Shown here one piece after another: positions 30,758-39,641 of a DNA stretch of 52,054 nt. Position 1 is the stretch's first letter. The number at the start of each line of letters is the position of its first letter. The position numbers and the translations under genes were made by a program. The stretch lies in the NCBI GenBank assembly GCA_025359665.1, contig JANYFU010000076.1:1-52054 (forward strand), written 5' to 3'. The stretch is from Caulobacteraceae bacterium (GTDB lineage: Bacteria > Pseudomonadota > Alphaproteobacteria > Caulobacterales > Caulobacteraceae). The notes under the pieces are model-generated. The model searched no databases. It saw only the letters and a list, made by a program, of their open reading frames with translations, and was not told the origin of the DNA.

Positions 30758-31860
30758 GATGGGGCCACCGTCGATCGCGGCCCCCGCCTCAGCCGCGCCA
30801 GGCGGCGCAACCGCCGCCAGAACCGGCTCTTCTCGGGCTCCGGATAGGGCTGGAGCAGCCGGAGGAACTCCTCCGCGCAGGCGCGCCAGGAGTAACGTTC
30901 GGCGACCGACCGCACATGATCACGGTCGAGCTTAAGCGCCTCCAGACAGGCCTCTTTCAATCCACCGTCACGCCCTGGCGCTAGAACGCCGGCGCCGGTT
31001 CCCGGTATGATGTCGATGGGCCCCGGTGCGGAAAACGCGGCCACGGGCGTCCCGGCGCCCCAGGCTTCCAGGATGACCAAGCCGAATGTGTCGGTCAGCG
31101 AAGGGAAAACAAAAACATCCGAGCAAGCGTAGTGGGCCGCCAGTTCGGCGTTGAACTTCGCGCCGACGAATTTGACGGCTGGATATCGCGTCGTCAGTTC
31201 CGCCCGCTGCGGCCCGTCTCCCACGACGACCTTGGTGCCGGGCAGGTTGAGCTGAACGAAGGCCTCGATGTTTTTCTCGACCGCCACGCGACCTACGTTC
31301 AACCAGATCGGCCGCGTCAAGCCCTCGAAGACGTCTGGCTCGTGGGGTGTCCGGGGATGGAACATGTCGGTGTCCAGGCCCTTTGACCAAAGCGAGATAT
31401 TGCGAAAGCCGTGAGCTTCGAGTTCGTCGCGCATCGTTGGAGTGGCCACCATCAGTCGGCCGGAGGGGCGGTGAAACCAACGCATGTAGGCGTAGCCAGC
31501 CGCCAAGGGAACCGGCAGCCGAGCGGACACATACTCCGGGAACCGGGTATGATAGCTGGTGGTGAAGGGAAGTTTCCATTCCAGACAAATTCGCCGGGCC
31601 GCGAGACCGATCGGACCTTCCGTTGCAATATGAATAGCCTCCGGTTCAAAGGCCTTGAAGCGTTCCTGGACCTTTTCGTAGGCTCCGACGGCCAGTCGAA
31701 TTTCCGGATAGGTCGGTAGCGGCACCGTGGCGAACTGGTCCGGGGTGATCACCTCGACCTGTTCATCCATCTGCCTCAACTCGGCCACGACCCGGGTTAG
31801 GGTGCGAACCACACCGTTCACCTGGGGCTCCCAGGCATCGGTGGCTAAAAGAATGCGCAT
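30754..31860 (-). CDS. GT4 (GT-B) glycosyltransferase, glycolipid-synthase (Agt-like) type
   Basis: ATDAWEPQVNGVVRTL, HIATEGPIG, YHTRFPEY, FPSLTDTFGLV; 1-bp overlap with the plcP-like gene. Confidence 0.85.
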   Translation of the reverse strand: MRILLATDAWEPQVNGVVRTLTRVVAELRQMDEQVEVITPDQFATVPLPTYPEIRLAVGAYEKVQERFKAFEPEAIHIATEGPIGLAARRICLEWKLPFTTSYHTRFPEYVSARLPVPLAAGYAYMRWFHRPSGRLMVATPTMRDELEAHGFRNISLWSKGLDTDMFHPRTPHEPDVFEGLTRPIWLNVGRVAVEKNIEAFVQLNLPGTKVVVGDGPQRAELTTRYPAVKFVGAKFNAELAAHYACSDVFVFPSLTDTFGLVILEAWGAGTPVAAFSAPGPIDIIPGTGAGVLAPGRDGGLKEACLEALKLDRDHVRSVAERYSWRACAEEFLRLLQPYPEPEKSRFWRRLRRLARLRRGPRSTVAPS

Positions 31861-32687
31861 CAGGCGATCGAAGGTTCCATTGTGGGCCGGTCCGTCTCAT
31901 CGACGCGCCGTGATCTGTCTATCATGGACCAGGAACGCAAATCCGCCCAACGGAGGATTTCAAGGCGCCCGTCACCGTGCTCGACCAGGGCGGTGCAACT
32001 TTCCACCCAGTCGCCATCGTTGATATAGAGCACGCCGTCGATCTCGCGCATTTCGGCCTTATGGATGTGTCCACAAATGACACCGTTCACATTGCGCCGC
32101 CTGGCCTCGCCGGCCACGGAGCTTTCGAACCTGTCGATGAATTTCAGGGCGTTTTTCACCTTGGATTTCAGGAAGGCCGACAGGCTCCAATAGCCGAAAC
32201 CCAGTCGGCGCCGCAGACGATTTAGGATCGTATTGAGCGCCAGCAGCATTCGATAGGCTACATCGCCCGCGAAACCGACCCAAGCTGCGTGCCTCACCAC
32301 GGCGTCGAATTCGTCGCCATGCACCACAAGAAATCGACGACCATCGGCGGTCTGATGCAAGGCGTCGCGCGCCACGGTCACCCCGCCAAAATGCACGCCA
32401 CAGAAATCCCGCACCCGATCGTCATGGTTTCCTGGAATATAGGTTACCGCCACCCCTTTGCGGGCGAGGCGGAGAATCTTCTGAACGACATCATTGTGAG
32501 TTTGAGGCCAGTGCCAGCCGCCCTTCATTTTCCAGCCATCGACGATGTCGCCGACAAGATACAGGCGCTCACACGTCATGTGACGCATGAAATCCAGCAG
32601 CAATTCGGCTTGGCAGCCGCGCGTGCCCAGATGGACGTCGGAGATAAATACGCTCCGATAGTGGGTGGAGTCTGGCAGATCGTCCAT
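31860..32687 (-). CDS. PlcP-like metallophosphoesterase (phospholipase C; LpxH-like family)
   Basis: ISDVHLG, LVGDIVDGW, PGNHD, HGDEFD, CGHIH, NDGDWVES. Confidence 0.85.
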   Translation of the reverse strand: MDDLPDSTHYRSVFISDVHLGTRGCQAELLLDFMRHMTCERLYLVGDIVDGWKMKGGWHWPQTHNDVVQKILRLARKGVAVTYIPGNHDDRVRDFCGVHFGGVTVARDALHQTADGRRFLVVHGDEFDAVVRHAAWVGFAGDVAYRMLLALNTILNRLRRRLGFGYWSLSAFLKSKVKNALKFIDRFESSVAGEARRRNVNGVICGHIHKAEMREIDGVLYINDGDWVESCTALVEHGDGRLEILRWADLRSWSMIDRSRRVDETDRPTMEPSIA

Positions 32688-32734
32688 GTTACTTCCCGCA
32701 CGCTCTTCAGTTAGAAGGGCGCTAAGCTGATTGC

Positions 32735-32752
32735 TTGTCGGTTTTGTGAATG
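32735..32752 (-). promoter_or_regulatory. Degenerate Pho-box candidate upstream of the plcP-like gene
   Basis: Minus strand CATTCAC-AAAA-CCGACAA has the 7-4-7 geometry of CTGTCAY-AAAA-CTGTCAY with five mismatches; PlcP homologues are known PhoB targets. Confidence 0.35.
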
Positions 32753-32756
32753 TGTA

Positions 32757-33563
32757 TCAGACCACCGCGTTCTGTGACGATGCGGACGCACCGATTACGG
32801 TCAGGGCGGCCGACGGCGGAGGGGGTGGATCGCGCAGCTTAACCCCCTTCAAGAACAGTTTCAGCGCCTCCCAATGGATCGCCACAACTACCCCGAGCGT
32901 TAGGAAGGGATAAGCCAACAGGACCGCCACAAGCGCCTGGTCAGTGAACTCGCGCCTCCGGCCGGTGAAGGCTGCGAAGATCAGCGGCTCCCCCGCAGGA
33001 TCGCTTCCGTTGACCACGGTGGCGATCGTTCCACCAGGCGTGGTCAGCTTGAATTCGTAGTTCATATCCATGTCCATGAACGGCGAGACATAAAATCCTT
33101 TGACGCAGGATTGCTTCACCATCCCGCCGATAGTGTTATCTACAGGAATCAGGTATGTATGTCTCTGTCCGAAGGTATTATTGACTTCATAAATCATCGC
33201 CACGAGTTTTTTATCGACGTCGAAACAATAGTAGATGCTTATGGGATTGAAGACATGCCCGAATAGCCGTGGCATGCACAGCAGTGCAACCCTACCGCCG
33301 TTGATGACAAGCCCGGCTTTGGCGAGGATCCTATCGACGTAGGCGCGCAGTGATCCGTCCGCGCCGTCGCCATGGTCAGCGTCGTGAAAACTGAAGGCGT
33401 TGAACCCGTTGTGGGAAAATAGCTTCAAGCGCTGAGCCAGGCTCGGCAGTTCGTCGAGATAGAACAGCATCTGGAACATGCGGTAACGGAGGCGGTGTCG
33501 CCGAGGAGTGAACCGCTGATGGATCACCTCGCCCACATAGAGGCAGGAACCCGGATCGCTCAT
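32757..33563 (-). CDS. DUF1365 protein (UfaO-like)
   Basis: HQRFTPRRH, FNPISIYYC, EVNNTFGQRH, FYVSPFM, IHWEALKL. Confidence 0.88.
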   Translation of the reverse strand: MSDPGSCLYVGEVIHQRFTPRRHRLRYRMFQMLFYLDELPSLAQRLKLFSHNGFNAFSFHDADHGDGADGSLRAYVDRILAKAGLVINGGRVALLCMPRLFGHVFNPISIYYCFDVDKKLVAMIYEVNNTFGQRHTYLIPVDNTIGGMVKQSCVKGFYVSPFMDMDMNYEFKLTTPGGTIATVVNGSDPAGEPLIFAAFTGRRREFTDQALVAVLLAYPFLTLGVVVAIHWEALKLFLKGVKLRDPPPPPSAALTVIGASASSQNAVV

Positions 33564-34933
33564 GCGACAGCTTCAAGCGCCGACCGGTCCCGCGCGCCTG
33601 GTGCGCTCGGCGTGATCTGAATTCGACCGGATTCCGCGGCGACCGACCATGGGCGCCTGACGCCGCCGATTGCCTCCGCGACGGCGAGGCCTGACTGCAA
33701 TCCGTCCTCGTGAAAGCCTGAACCGAAATAGGCGCCGCACCACCAAACTCCTCCGCACCCCTGCAGCGACCACAGGCGTTTCTGGGCGCGAATCGCGGCG
33801 GCGTCGAACCGTGGGTGCTCATAGACCTCCCTGCTGACTACCTTCGCCGGATCAGGCTCCCGGATTGGATTTAGCGTGACAAACAACGGCGTTTGGGCGG
33901 GCAGCCTCTGCAGGCGGTTCATCCAGTAGGTGACGCAGAGCTGTCGATCGCCACCGAGCGATGTGCGCCCCATGTAATTCCATGCCGACCAAAGACGCTT
34001 GCGTCTCGGCATCAACGCCAGGTCCGAATGTAGGACGGTCAGGTTGCGGCTGTAGCCGAAGCTTCCCAGGATGGCTCTCTCTTCATCGGAAGGCGCATCC
34101 AGCAGGGCAAGGCCTTGATCGGCATGCGTGGCGATGACAACCTGATCGAAGGTTTCGGCTCCACCCAGCGCGTCGCGAACGACGACGCCCGTCGGCGTCC
34201 GTTTGACGCTCCTGACAGCGGCTCCAACACGCACTCTGTCGGCGTAGGCCGCGGTCAGATGCGAAACATAAGTCCGACTCCCGCCTTCCACAGTGCGCCA
34301 GATCGGCCGATCGGTGATCTTCAGGAGGCCGTGGTTCTGGAAGAACCGGATGAACGCCGCGGCTGGATAGTCGCGAATATCGTTGGCCGACGCCGACCAG
34401 ATCGCCGCGGCCTGTGGCAGGAGGTGGTCATTCTGGAACGCCCTCCCGTAGCCCTGGGTGTCCAGAAAATCCCCTAGGGTTGTCATCTCGGCTTCGAGCG
34501 CGTCGGCATGGGTCGGCGCTTCGCGATAAAATCTGAGCAGGTCGAGAAGCATGGCCCAGAATCTTGGACTGACGAGGTTACGGACCTGGGAAAAAAGCGT
34601 GATGAGACTGTCCCCGCCATACTCCATGCGTCCATCGTCCAGGCTGACCGCGAAACCCATGTTCGAGTTTTTGGTCGGCACCTTCAGATAATCGAAGAGC
34701 GCGACCAGGTTGGGATAGTTCACGGCATTGTAGACGATGAAGCCCGTATCGACAGCAATTGGTCCGAGGGTCGAAGGCGCGTCCACCGTGTGGCTGTGGC
34801 CGCCCAGCCTGGGCTCGGCTTCGTAGACCGTCACATCGTGGGCCTGGGCGAGCAGCCAAGCGGCCGACATGCCGGATATGCCGGCGCCGACGATAGCGAT
34901 CTTCTGGCGGGAACGGTTTTGTGAGAGTGTCAC
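33560..34933 (-). CDS. NAD/FAD-binding oxidoreductase (UfaD-like fatty acid desaturase)
   Basis: GAGISG, RLGGH, VDTGFIVYN, TYWMNRLQ, GFHEDGLQSG; coupled to DUF1365 and divergent from rpoE-chrR. Confidence 0.85.
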   Translation of the reverse strand: MTLSQNRSRQKIAIVGAGISGMSAAWLLAQAHDVTVYEAEPRLGGHSHTVDAPSTLGPIAVDTGFIVYNAVNYPNLVALFDYLKVPTKNSNMGFAVSLDDGRMEYGGDSLITLFSQVRNLVSPRFWAMLLDLLRFYREAPTHADALEAEMTTLGDFLDTQGYGRAFQNDHLLPQAAAIWSASANDIRDYPAAAFIRFFQNHGLLKITDRPIWRTVEGGSRTYVSHLTAAYADRVRVGAAVRSVKRTPTGVVVRDALGGAETFDQVVIATHADQGLALLDAPSDEERAILGSFGYSRNLTVLHSDLALMPRRKRLWSAWNYMGRTSLGGDRQLCVTYWMNRLQRLPAQTPLFVTLNPIREPDPAKVVSREVYEHPRFDAAAIRAQKRLWSLQGCGGVWWCGAYFGSGFHEDGLQSGLAVAEAIGGVRRPWSVAAESGRIQITPSAPGARDRSALEAVA

Positions 34934-34995
34934 GAGGAAAGCTTTAGCTCCAGGTCATAACGTCTGGGCGACAGGGACATTGCCCTAGAGCAAAG

Positions 34996-35023
34996 TCTAC
35001 GCCAAACCCTTATCGCCGGATCA
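34996..35023 (-). promoter_or_regulatory. RpoE (ECF11) promoter for the oxidoreductase-DUF1365 operon
   Basis: Minus strand TGATCC-ggcgataagggtttgg-CGTAGA (TGATCC-N16-CGTA). Confidence 0.8.
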
Positions 35024-35044
35024 GGAACGGCGGACGGCGTTTAG

Positions 35045-35072
35045 TGATCCGTGAATTTGTGGACGGCGTAGA
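35045..35072 (+). promoter_or_regulatory. RpoE (ECF11) autoregulatory promoter
   Basis: TGATCC-gtgaatttgtggacgg-CGTAGA, same geometry as the divergent copy. Confidence 0.8.
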
Positions 35073-35078
35073 AAGGCC

Positions 35079-35732
35079 ATGAATGCCACCGTTCTTGGCG
35101 CCCGTCTCGGGCCACATCTGCAATGGGCCTTCCCGACCCAGATGCCCGGTTCGCGCATGAGTACAATGCGGACAAAGCCAGGGACCGACGGGGCCGCCCT
35201 GTCGGGATTGATCGTGAGTATCGCCGAGCGGGGCGACCGTGAGGCGTTCACAGGCCTGTTCGACCATTTCGCGCCACGCGTGAAGAGTTATTTGCTGCGG
35301 TTGGGAACGGCGCCCGAGGCGGCCGAGGAACTGGCGCAGGAAACATTGCTGACGGTCTGGCGGCGCGCCGGCTCGTTCGATCCCGCCCGCGCAGCCGCTT
35401 CAACGTGGATATTCACTATTGCCCGTAACCTGCGGATCGATCTGTCGCGTCGCGATGGCCGGGCTCAGCCAACGGATGATCCATCGACTTTCAATCCGGG
35501 ACCAGCCGCGCCGGACGAAGCGCTTGGCGCCTGCCAGGATGAAATCCGTATAGCCGCCGCCATGGCTGGACTGCCGAAGGAACAGGCTCAGGTTATCAAG
35601 CTGGCGTTCTTCGCGGACAAGCCGCATTCCGAGATCGCCAGCGAGCTTGGTCTACCCCTTGGAACCGTGAAGTCGCGCTTGCGGCTGGCGATGGCCCGCT
35701 TGCGCGGCGCTCTGGGCGGAGCCGACGCGTGA
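35079..35732 (+). CDS. rpoE: ECF sigma factor of the RpoE-ChrR (singlet oxygen) type
   Basis: HFAPRVKSYL, AEELAQE, STWIFTIARNLRID, LGLPLGTVKSRLRLA; overlaps chrR. Confidence 0.9.
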   Translation: MNATVLGARLGPHLQWAFPTQMPGSRMSTMRTKPGTDGAALSGLIVSIAERGDREAFTGLFDHFAPRVKSYLLRLGTAPEAAEELAQETLLTVWRRAGSFDPARAAASTWIFTIARNLRIDLSRRDGRAQPTDDPSTFNPGPAAPDEALGACQDEIRIAAAMAGLPKEQAQVIKLAFFADKPHSEIASELGLPLGTVKSRLRLAMARLRGALGGADA

Positions 35733-36367
35733 GCCCTCATCACCACCCTACAGAGGACCTGCTTCTCGACTACGCCACGGGCGCGCTAACAGGCGGTGCG
35801 CGTTTGGTTTTAGCTGTCCATCTGGGCTCTTGCCCGACTTGCGCGCGTGCGGTCGGTGAGGCTGAGGCCGTGGGAGGGATGCTTCTGTCAGGCCTGCCGC
35901 CGGTCGCGTTAAAGGCGGACGCCCTGGCTCTGGCCCTGGCTCGAATCGAGCGCCCGGCCAATTTCACTGGTAGTCTTATTCAACAGAGAGAGGACTGGAT
36001 TTCGGTTCCTGGCGAGGTGCTTCGCGCGGCGCGCGATCGCCGGCGCTGGGCGGCTCCCGGCGTGTGGGTGGCGTCTGTCTTCACTGGCCCGGGCGCGGCT
36101 CGCGGCTATTTGCTGGGCGTGGCGGCTGGCATGAGCGTGCCGCGTCACACCCACCGGGGTCAGGAACTGGTTTGCGTGCTCAAGGGCGCCTATAGAGACG
36201 GCGAGACGCTTCACCGTCGCGGGGATTTCGCTTGCAGCGACGAGGCTGTGGATCACCGACCGGAGATCACCACCGACGGTGAGTGCGTCTGCCTCGTCGC
36301 GGCCGAGGGGCCACTGGTGCCACGCGACTGGGTCGGACGACTCTTTCAGCCTATCGTTGGCATTTGA
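35729..36367 (+). CDS. chrR: ChrR anti-sigma factor (zinc anti-sigma domain + cupin)
   Basis: HHP..DLLLDYATG, H-x3-C-x2-C (HLGSCPTC), cupin HTHRGQE and VDHRP. Confidence 0.92.
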   Translation: MSPHHHPTEDLLLDYATGALTGGARLVLAVHLGSCPTCARAVGEAEAVGGMLLSGLPPVALKADALALALARIERPANFTGSLIQQREDWISVPGEVLRAARDRRRWAAPGVWVASVFTGPGAARGYLLGVAAGMSVPRHTHRGQELVCVLKGAYRDGETLHRRGDFACSDEAVDHRPEITTDGECVCLVAAEGPLVPRDWVGRLFQPIVGI

Positions 36368-37239
36368 TGAACTTACTGGTTTCGGTCGGGGTCGGTCTGC
36401 TGGCGATGTCATCTCCGGGGGCGGTCCGGATTCAGCACGACATCGTCTATACCGGCGGGGAAAGAGGTCGGCTGGATGTCTACTCGCCTAGGGTATTGCG
36501 GCCTCATGCTCCGGTCGCCGTGTTCGTCTATGGTGGCAGTTGGCAATCCGGAGAGAAGGCGCTCTACCGTTTCGTCGGCGTTTCTCTAGCGTCGCGCGGC
36601 ATTGTCACCGTGATTCCCGACTATCGCGTCTATCCTCAGGTCAGATATCCCGACTTCCTGACGGATAACGCCCAAGCCGTGGCCTTTGCAAAGCAGCACG
36701 CGGGTGCTTGGGGTGGCGACCCGGATCGCCTTTACCTTATCGGCCATTCGGCGGGGGCCTACAATGTCGTCATGCTGGCGCTTGATCCTCGCTGGCTTGG
36801 CTCGGCGGGCTTGGACTCGCGGCGGGATGTCAAGGGCGTGGTTGGCTTGGCTGGACCCTACGATTTCCTCCCGCTTCGCGACCCAAAACTGAAGATCATA
36901 TTCGGGCCGGAGGAACGCCTGATGGAAACGCAGCCCATAACACATGTTGATGGAGCCGCGCCGCCCATGCGGCTATTGGCGGGGAGCAAGGACACCGTTG
37001 TCGATCCGGGCAACTCCACGAGGCTCGCGGCGGCGATTCGCGCTCATGGCGGCTTAGTCTCCACCCATATCTATCCAGGGCTTGGCCATGTGAGCCTGCT
37101 CACCACTGTCTCGGGTTTGTTCCGTCACAGGGCGCCTGTCCTCGATGACATCACCGCCTTTATCGTCGGTGACTCCATGCCGCTCTCGGAACCCGCCCCC
37201 CGGGCTCGGGTCGTGTCGCCCCAAACCGCCGGAACCTGA
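36367..37239 (+). CDS. Alpha/beta hydrolase (HSL-like esterase)
   Basis: FVYGGSW, PDYR, GHSAGA, D..VDP, GH; TGATG overlap with chrR. Confidence 0.85.
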   Translation: MNLLVSVGVGLLAMSSPGAVRIQHDIVYTGGERGRLDVYSPRVLRPHAPVAVFVYGGSWQSGEKALYRFVGVSLASRGIVTVIPDYRVYPQVRYPDFLTDNAQAVAFAKQHAGAWGGDPDRLYLIGHSAGAYNVVMLALDPRWLGSAGLDSRRDVKGVVGLAGPYDFLPLRDPKLKIIFGPEERLMETQPITHVDGAAPPMRLLAGSKDTVVDPGNSTRLAAAIRAHGGLVSTHIYPGLGHVSLLTTVSGLFRHRAPVLDDITAFIVGDSMPLSEPAPRARVVSPQTAGT

Positions 37240-37242
37240 TCC

Positions 37243-38286
37243 ATGAGTCTCACCGCCGCCGCCGGCCGAATTGTTGAGCGCGCCCCGATCCCCGACGCCA
37301 TCACCCGCTTGGGCATTGGCTATTTCGTCGCTCGCGCCCGTCGTCGCCTGACCAACGAGCCAAAGGATACCGAGGCGACCTTCGCTCTTGATATGCGCGC
37401 GCACCCGATCGCTGAAAATACCGATGAAGCCAATGCCCAACACTATGAAGTGCCGGCCGAGTTCTTCCGCCTGGTGCTTGGGCCGCGCCGGAAATATTCC
37501 AGCTGCGTCTATAGCGATGGCGCGTTTTCCTTAGCTCAAGCCGAGGAGAAAGCCTTGGCGGAGACCTGCGCCCATGCCGACCTGTTTGACGGACATGATA
37601 TCCTTGAGCTCGGCTGTGGCTGGGGATCGCTCAGTCTTTGGATGGCGGAGCACTATCCGGCGTCGCGGATTACGGCGGTTTCCAATTCCCACTCCCAGCG
37701 CCTCGCCATTGAAGCGACCGCGCGCGAGAAGGGCTTCTCGAACCTCACCGTGATTACCGAAGATATGAATGACTTCCAGCCGGCGAGTCGTTTTGACCGA
37801 ATCGTGTCGGTGGAGATGTTTGAACACATGTCCAACTGGCAGGCCCTGTTGGAGAGGGTTGGCGGCTGGTTGCGCCGAGACGGTCGGCTGTTTCTCCATG
37901 TTTTCACGCACCGCGACACACCCTATCGTTTTGACATGAACGACAAGGAGGACTGGATCGCTCAGCACTTCTTCACTGGCGGCATCATGCCAAGTCATGG
38001 TCTCGTTCGTCGCTTCCCGAAACTCTTCGAAGTCGAAGCGGAATGGCGTTGGAGCGGTGAGCACTACAGGCGTACCGCCATGGACTGGCTGGCCAACTTC
38101 GACCGCCATTCAACCGCTATCGATGAGATTTTTCGCGGGGTGTATGGCGCCGACGCCCCTATGTGGAAGCGACGCTGGCGGGTGTTTTTTCTGGCGACGG
38201 CCGGCCTGTTCGGCGACAGTGGCGGCTCGGTCTGGGGTGTCAGTCACTATCGATTGAAGCCCGTCTTGGCCCAGGGGCAAACTTGA
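37243..38286 (+). CDS. SAM-dependent methyltransferase, Cfa/coclaurine-N-methyltransferase-like family
   Basis: ANAQHYEVP, KYSS, LELGCGWGS, SVEMFEHM, FFTGGIMPS. Confidence 0.87.
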   Translation: MSLTAAAGRIVERAPIPDAITRLGIGYFVARARRRLTNEPKDTEATFALDMRAHPIAENTDEANAQHYEVPAEFFRLVLGPRRKYSSCVYSDGAFSLAQAEEKALAETCAHADLFDGHDILELGCGWGSLSLWMAEHYPASRITAVSNSHSQRLAIEATAREKGFSNLTVITEDMNDFQPASRFDRIVSVEMFEHMSNWQALLERVGGWLRRDGRLFLHVFTHRDTPYRFDMNDKEDWIAQHFFTGGIMPSHGLVRRFPKLFEVEAEWRWSGEHYRRTAMDWLANFDRHSTAIDEIFRGVYGADAPMWKRRWRVFFLATAGLFGDSGGSVWGVSHYRLKPVLAQGQT

Positions 38287-38693
38287 TGTTGCGCTATTTT
38301 GTTGCCTGGCTTGGCGCGGGTCTCCTCCTGGCCGGTCTCGACTACTTCTGGCTGACCACCACGAATGTCACCCTTTATCGACCGATCCTGGGCTCGGTCC
38401 TGGCGGCCAGTCCCCGCATGGGGCCGGCGGTGCTGTTCTATCTGGTCTATCTGGTGGGGGTGGTGGTGTTCGCCGTCGCCCCGGCGATCCGTAGCGGCCG
38501 GTGGCGGGATGCAACACTGAAGGGCGCCCTCTTCGGGTTCTTTTGTTACGCGACCTATGATTTGACCAATCAGGCGACTCTGATCGTCTGGGACACCAAG
38601 ATCACCTTGCTCGACCTGTGCTGGGGAACGTTTCTCACCGCATCGGGCGCAACGGCGGGTTATTTCGCTTCAAAACTCGTTCGAAGCCGCTAG
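38286..38693 (+). CDS. DUF2177-family membrane protein
   Basis: LDYFWL, YATYDLTNQAT, DLCWG; TGATG overlap. Confidence 0.82.
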   Translation: MLRYFVAWLGAGLLLAGLDYFWLTTTNVTLYRPILGSVLAASPRMGPAVLFYLVYLVGVVVFAVAPAIRSGRWRDATLKGALFGFFCYATYDLTNQATLIVWDTKITLLDLCWGTFLTASGATAGYFASKLVRSR

Positions 38694-39187
38694 TTGGCGA
38701 ATGCATTTCTTACGATGGCTTCAAGGCCGACCTTGTCGTCGTCGTTGAAGGTGGCCAACTCGGTGCTATCGACATCGAGGACGGCGATAAGTTCGCCCTT
38801 GGCGTCGAAAACCGGAATCACAATCTCGCTGCGCGACCGCGAATCGCAGGCGATATGATCGGGGAAGGCCTCGACGTCCGCGACGATCACGGTCTGGCGC
38901 GTCGCGGCCGCCGTGCCGCACACGCCTCGGCCGAAGGCGATTCTCAAGCACCCCAGGGTTCCCTGATAGGGACCGATCACCAGCTCGTTCGGGCGGTTGG
39001 CGTCGACCATGTAGAACCCGGTCCAGTAGAATGACTCGAACGCCGCGGCGAGCATGGCGGCGACCGTCGCCATACGCGCCACGCGGTTGTCTTCGCCATC
39101 AAGCACGGCGTTGATCTCGGTGAGCAGGGTTTCGTAGCGCTCGGTTTTTGCTGCGGGTAGTGTCTGGATTGAGAAGGATTCGGCCAT
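38690..39187 (-). CDS. GAF-domain free methionine-R-sulfoxide reductase (MsrC-like)
   Basis: WTGFY, GPYQG..CLRI.FGRGVCG, HIACD, SEIVIP, LDVDS. Confidence 0.85.
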   Translation of the reverse strand: MAESFSIQTLPAAKTERYETLLTEINAVLDGEDNRVARMATVAAMLAAAFESFYWTGFYMVDANRPNELVIGPYQGTLGCLRIAFGRGVCGTAAATRQTVIVADVEAFPDHIACDSRSRSEIVIPVFDAKGELIAVLDVDSTELATFNDDDKVGLEAIVRNAFAN

Positions 39188-39268
39188 CTGCGACCTATAG
39201 CCCCACCCGCCCCGGTCGTCAGCGCCCGCCAACAAATGCAAACGGGAGTTCGATGGGCTTGCAATTCA

Positions 39269-39283
39269 TGCTGCACTGCAACA
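39269..39283 (+). promoter_or_regulatory. TGC-rich PhaR-type operator candidate
   Basis: TGCTGCACTGCAACA about 50 bp upstream of a small helical gene. Confidence 0.45.
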
Positions 39284-39334
39284 TAACCATCGGTGCGCGA
39301 CGCCTTGAATATGTCGTCGGCAGGAGGATCGTCG

Positions 39335-39628
39335 ATGAAGACCCCGAGCAACCCCTGGTTGGACCTATCCCTCGATACGGCGCGCCTGACCTATGAGTCG
39401 AGTCATGTGATCGGACTCCGTTTGGCCCTCGCCGCCCGTGGTGGAGTGAAAGCCCAAACCGAGGCCGCCTTGATGGTCAGTGAAAAGGCCCAGGCGGCCT
39501 TTGACGCCCAATTTATGGTCGCCAAAAGCCTAATGAGCGGTGAAGCCCATCTTGTCCCGGCCCGGGCCGTGGCGCTCTATCGCGACCGGGTGCAAGCTAA
39601 CCATCGTCGCCTGACCCGGCGCGGTTGA
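39335..39628 (+). CDS. Small helical hypothetical protein (phasin-like candidate)
   Basis: RBS AGGAGG; Ala-rich pattern E...VIGLRL...EAALMVSEK...ANHRRL. Confidence 0.7.
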   Translation: MKTPSNPWLDLSLDTARLTYESSHVIGLRLALAARGGVKAQTEAALMVSEKAQAAFDAQFMVAKSLMSGEAHLVPARAVALYRDRVQANHRRLTRRG

Positions 39629-39641
39629 TCTCTGTAATCCC

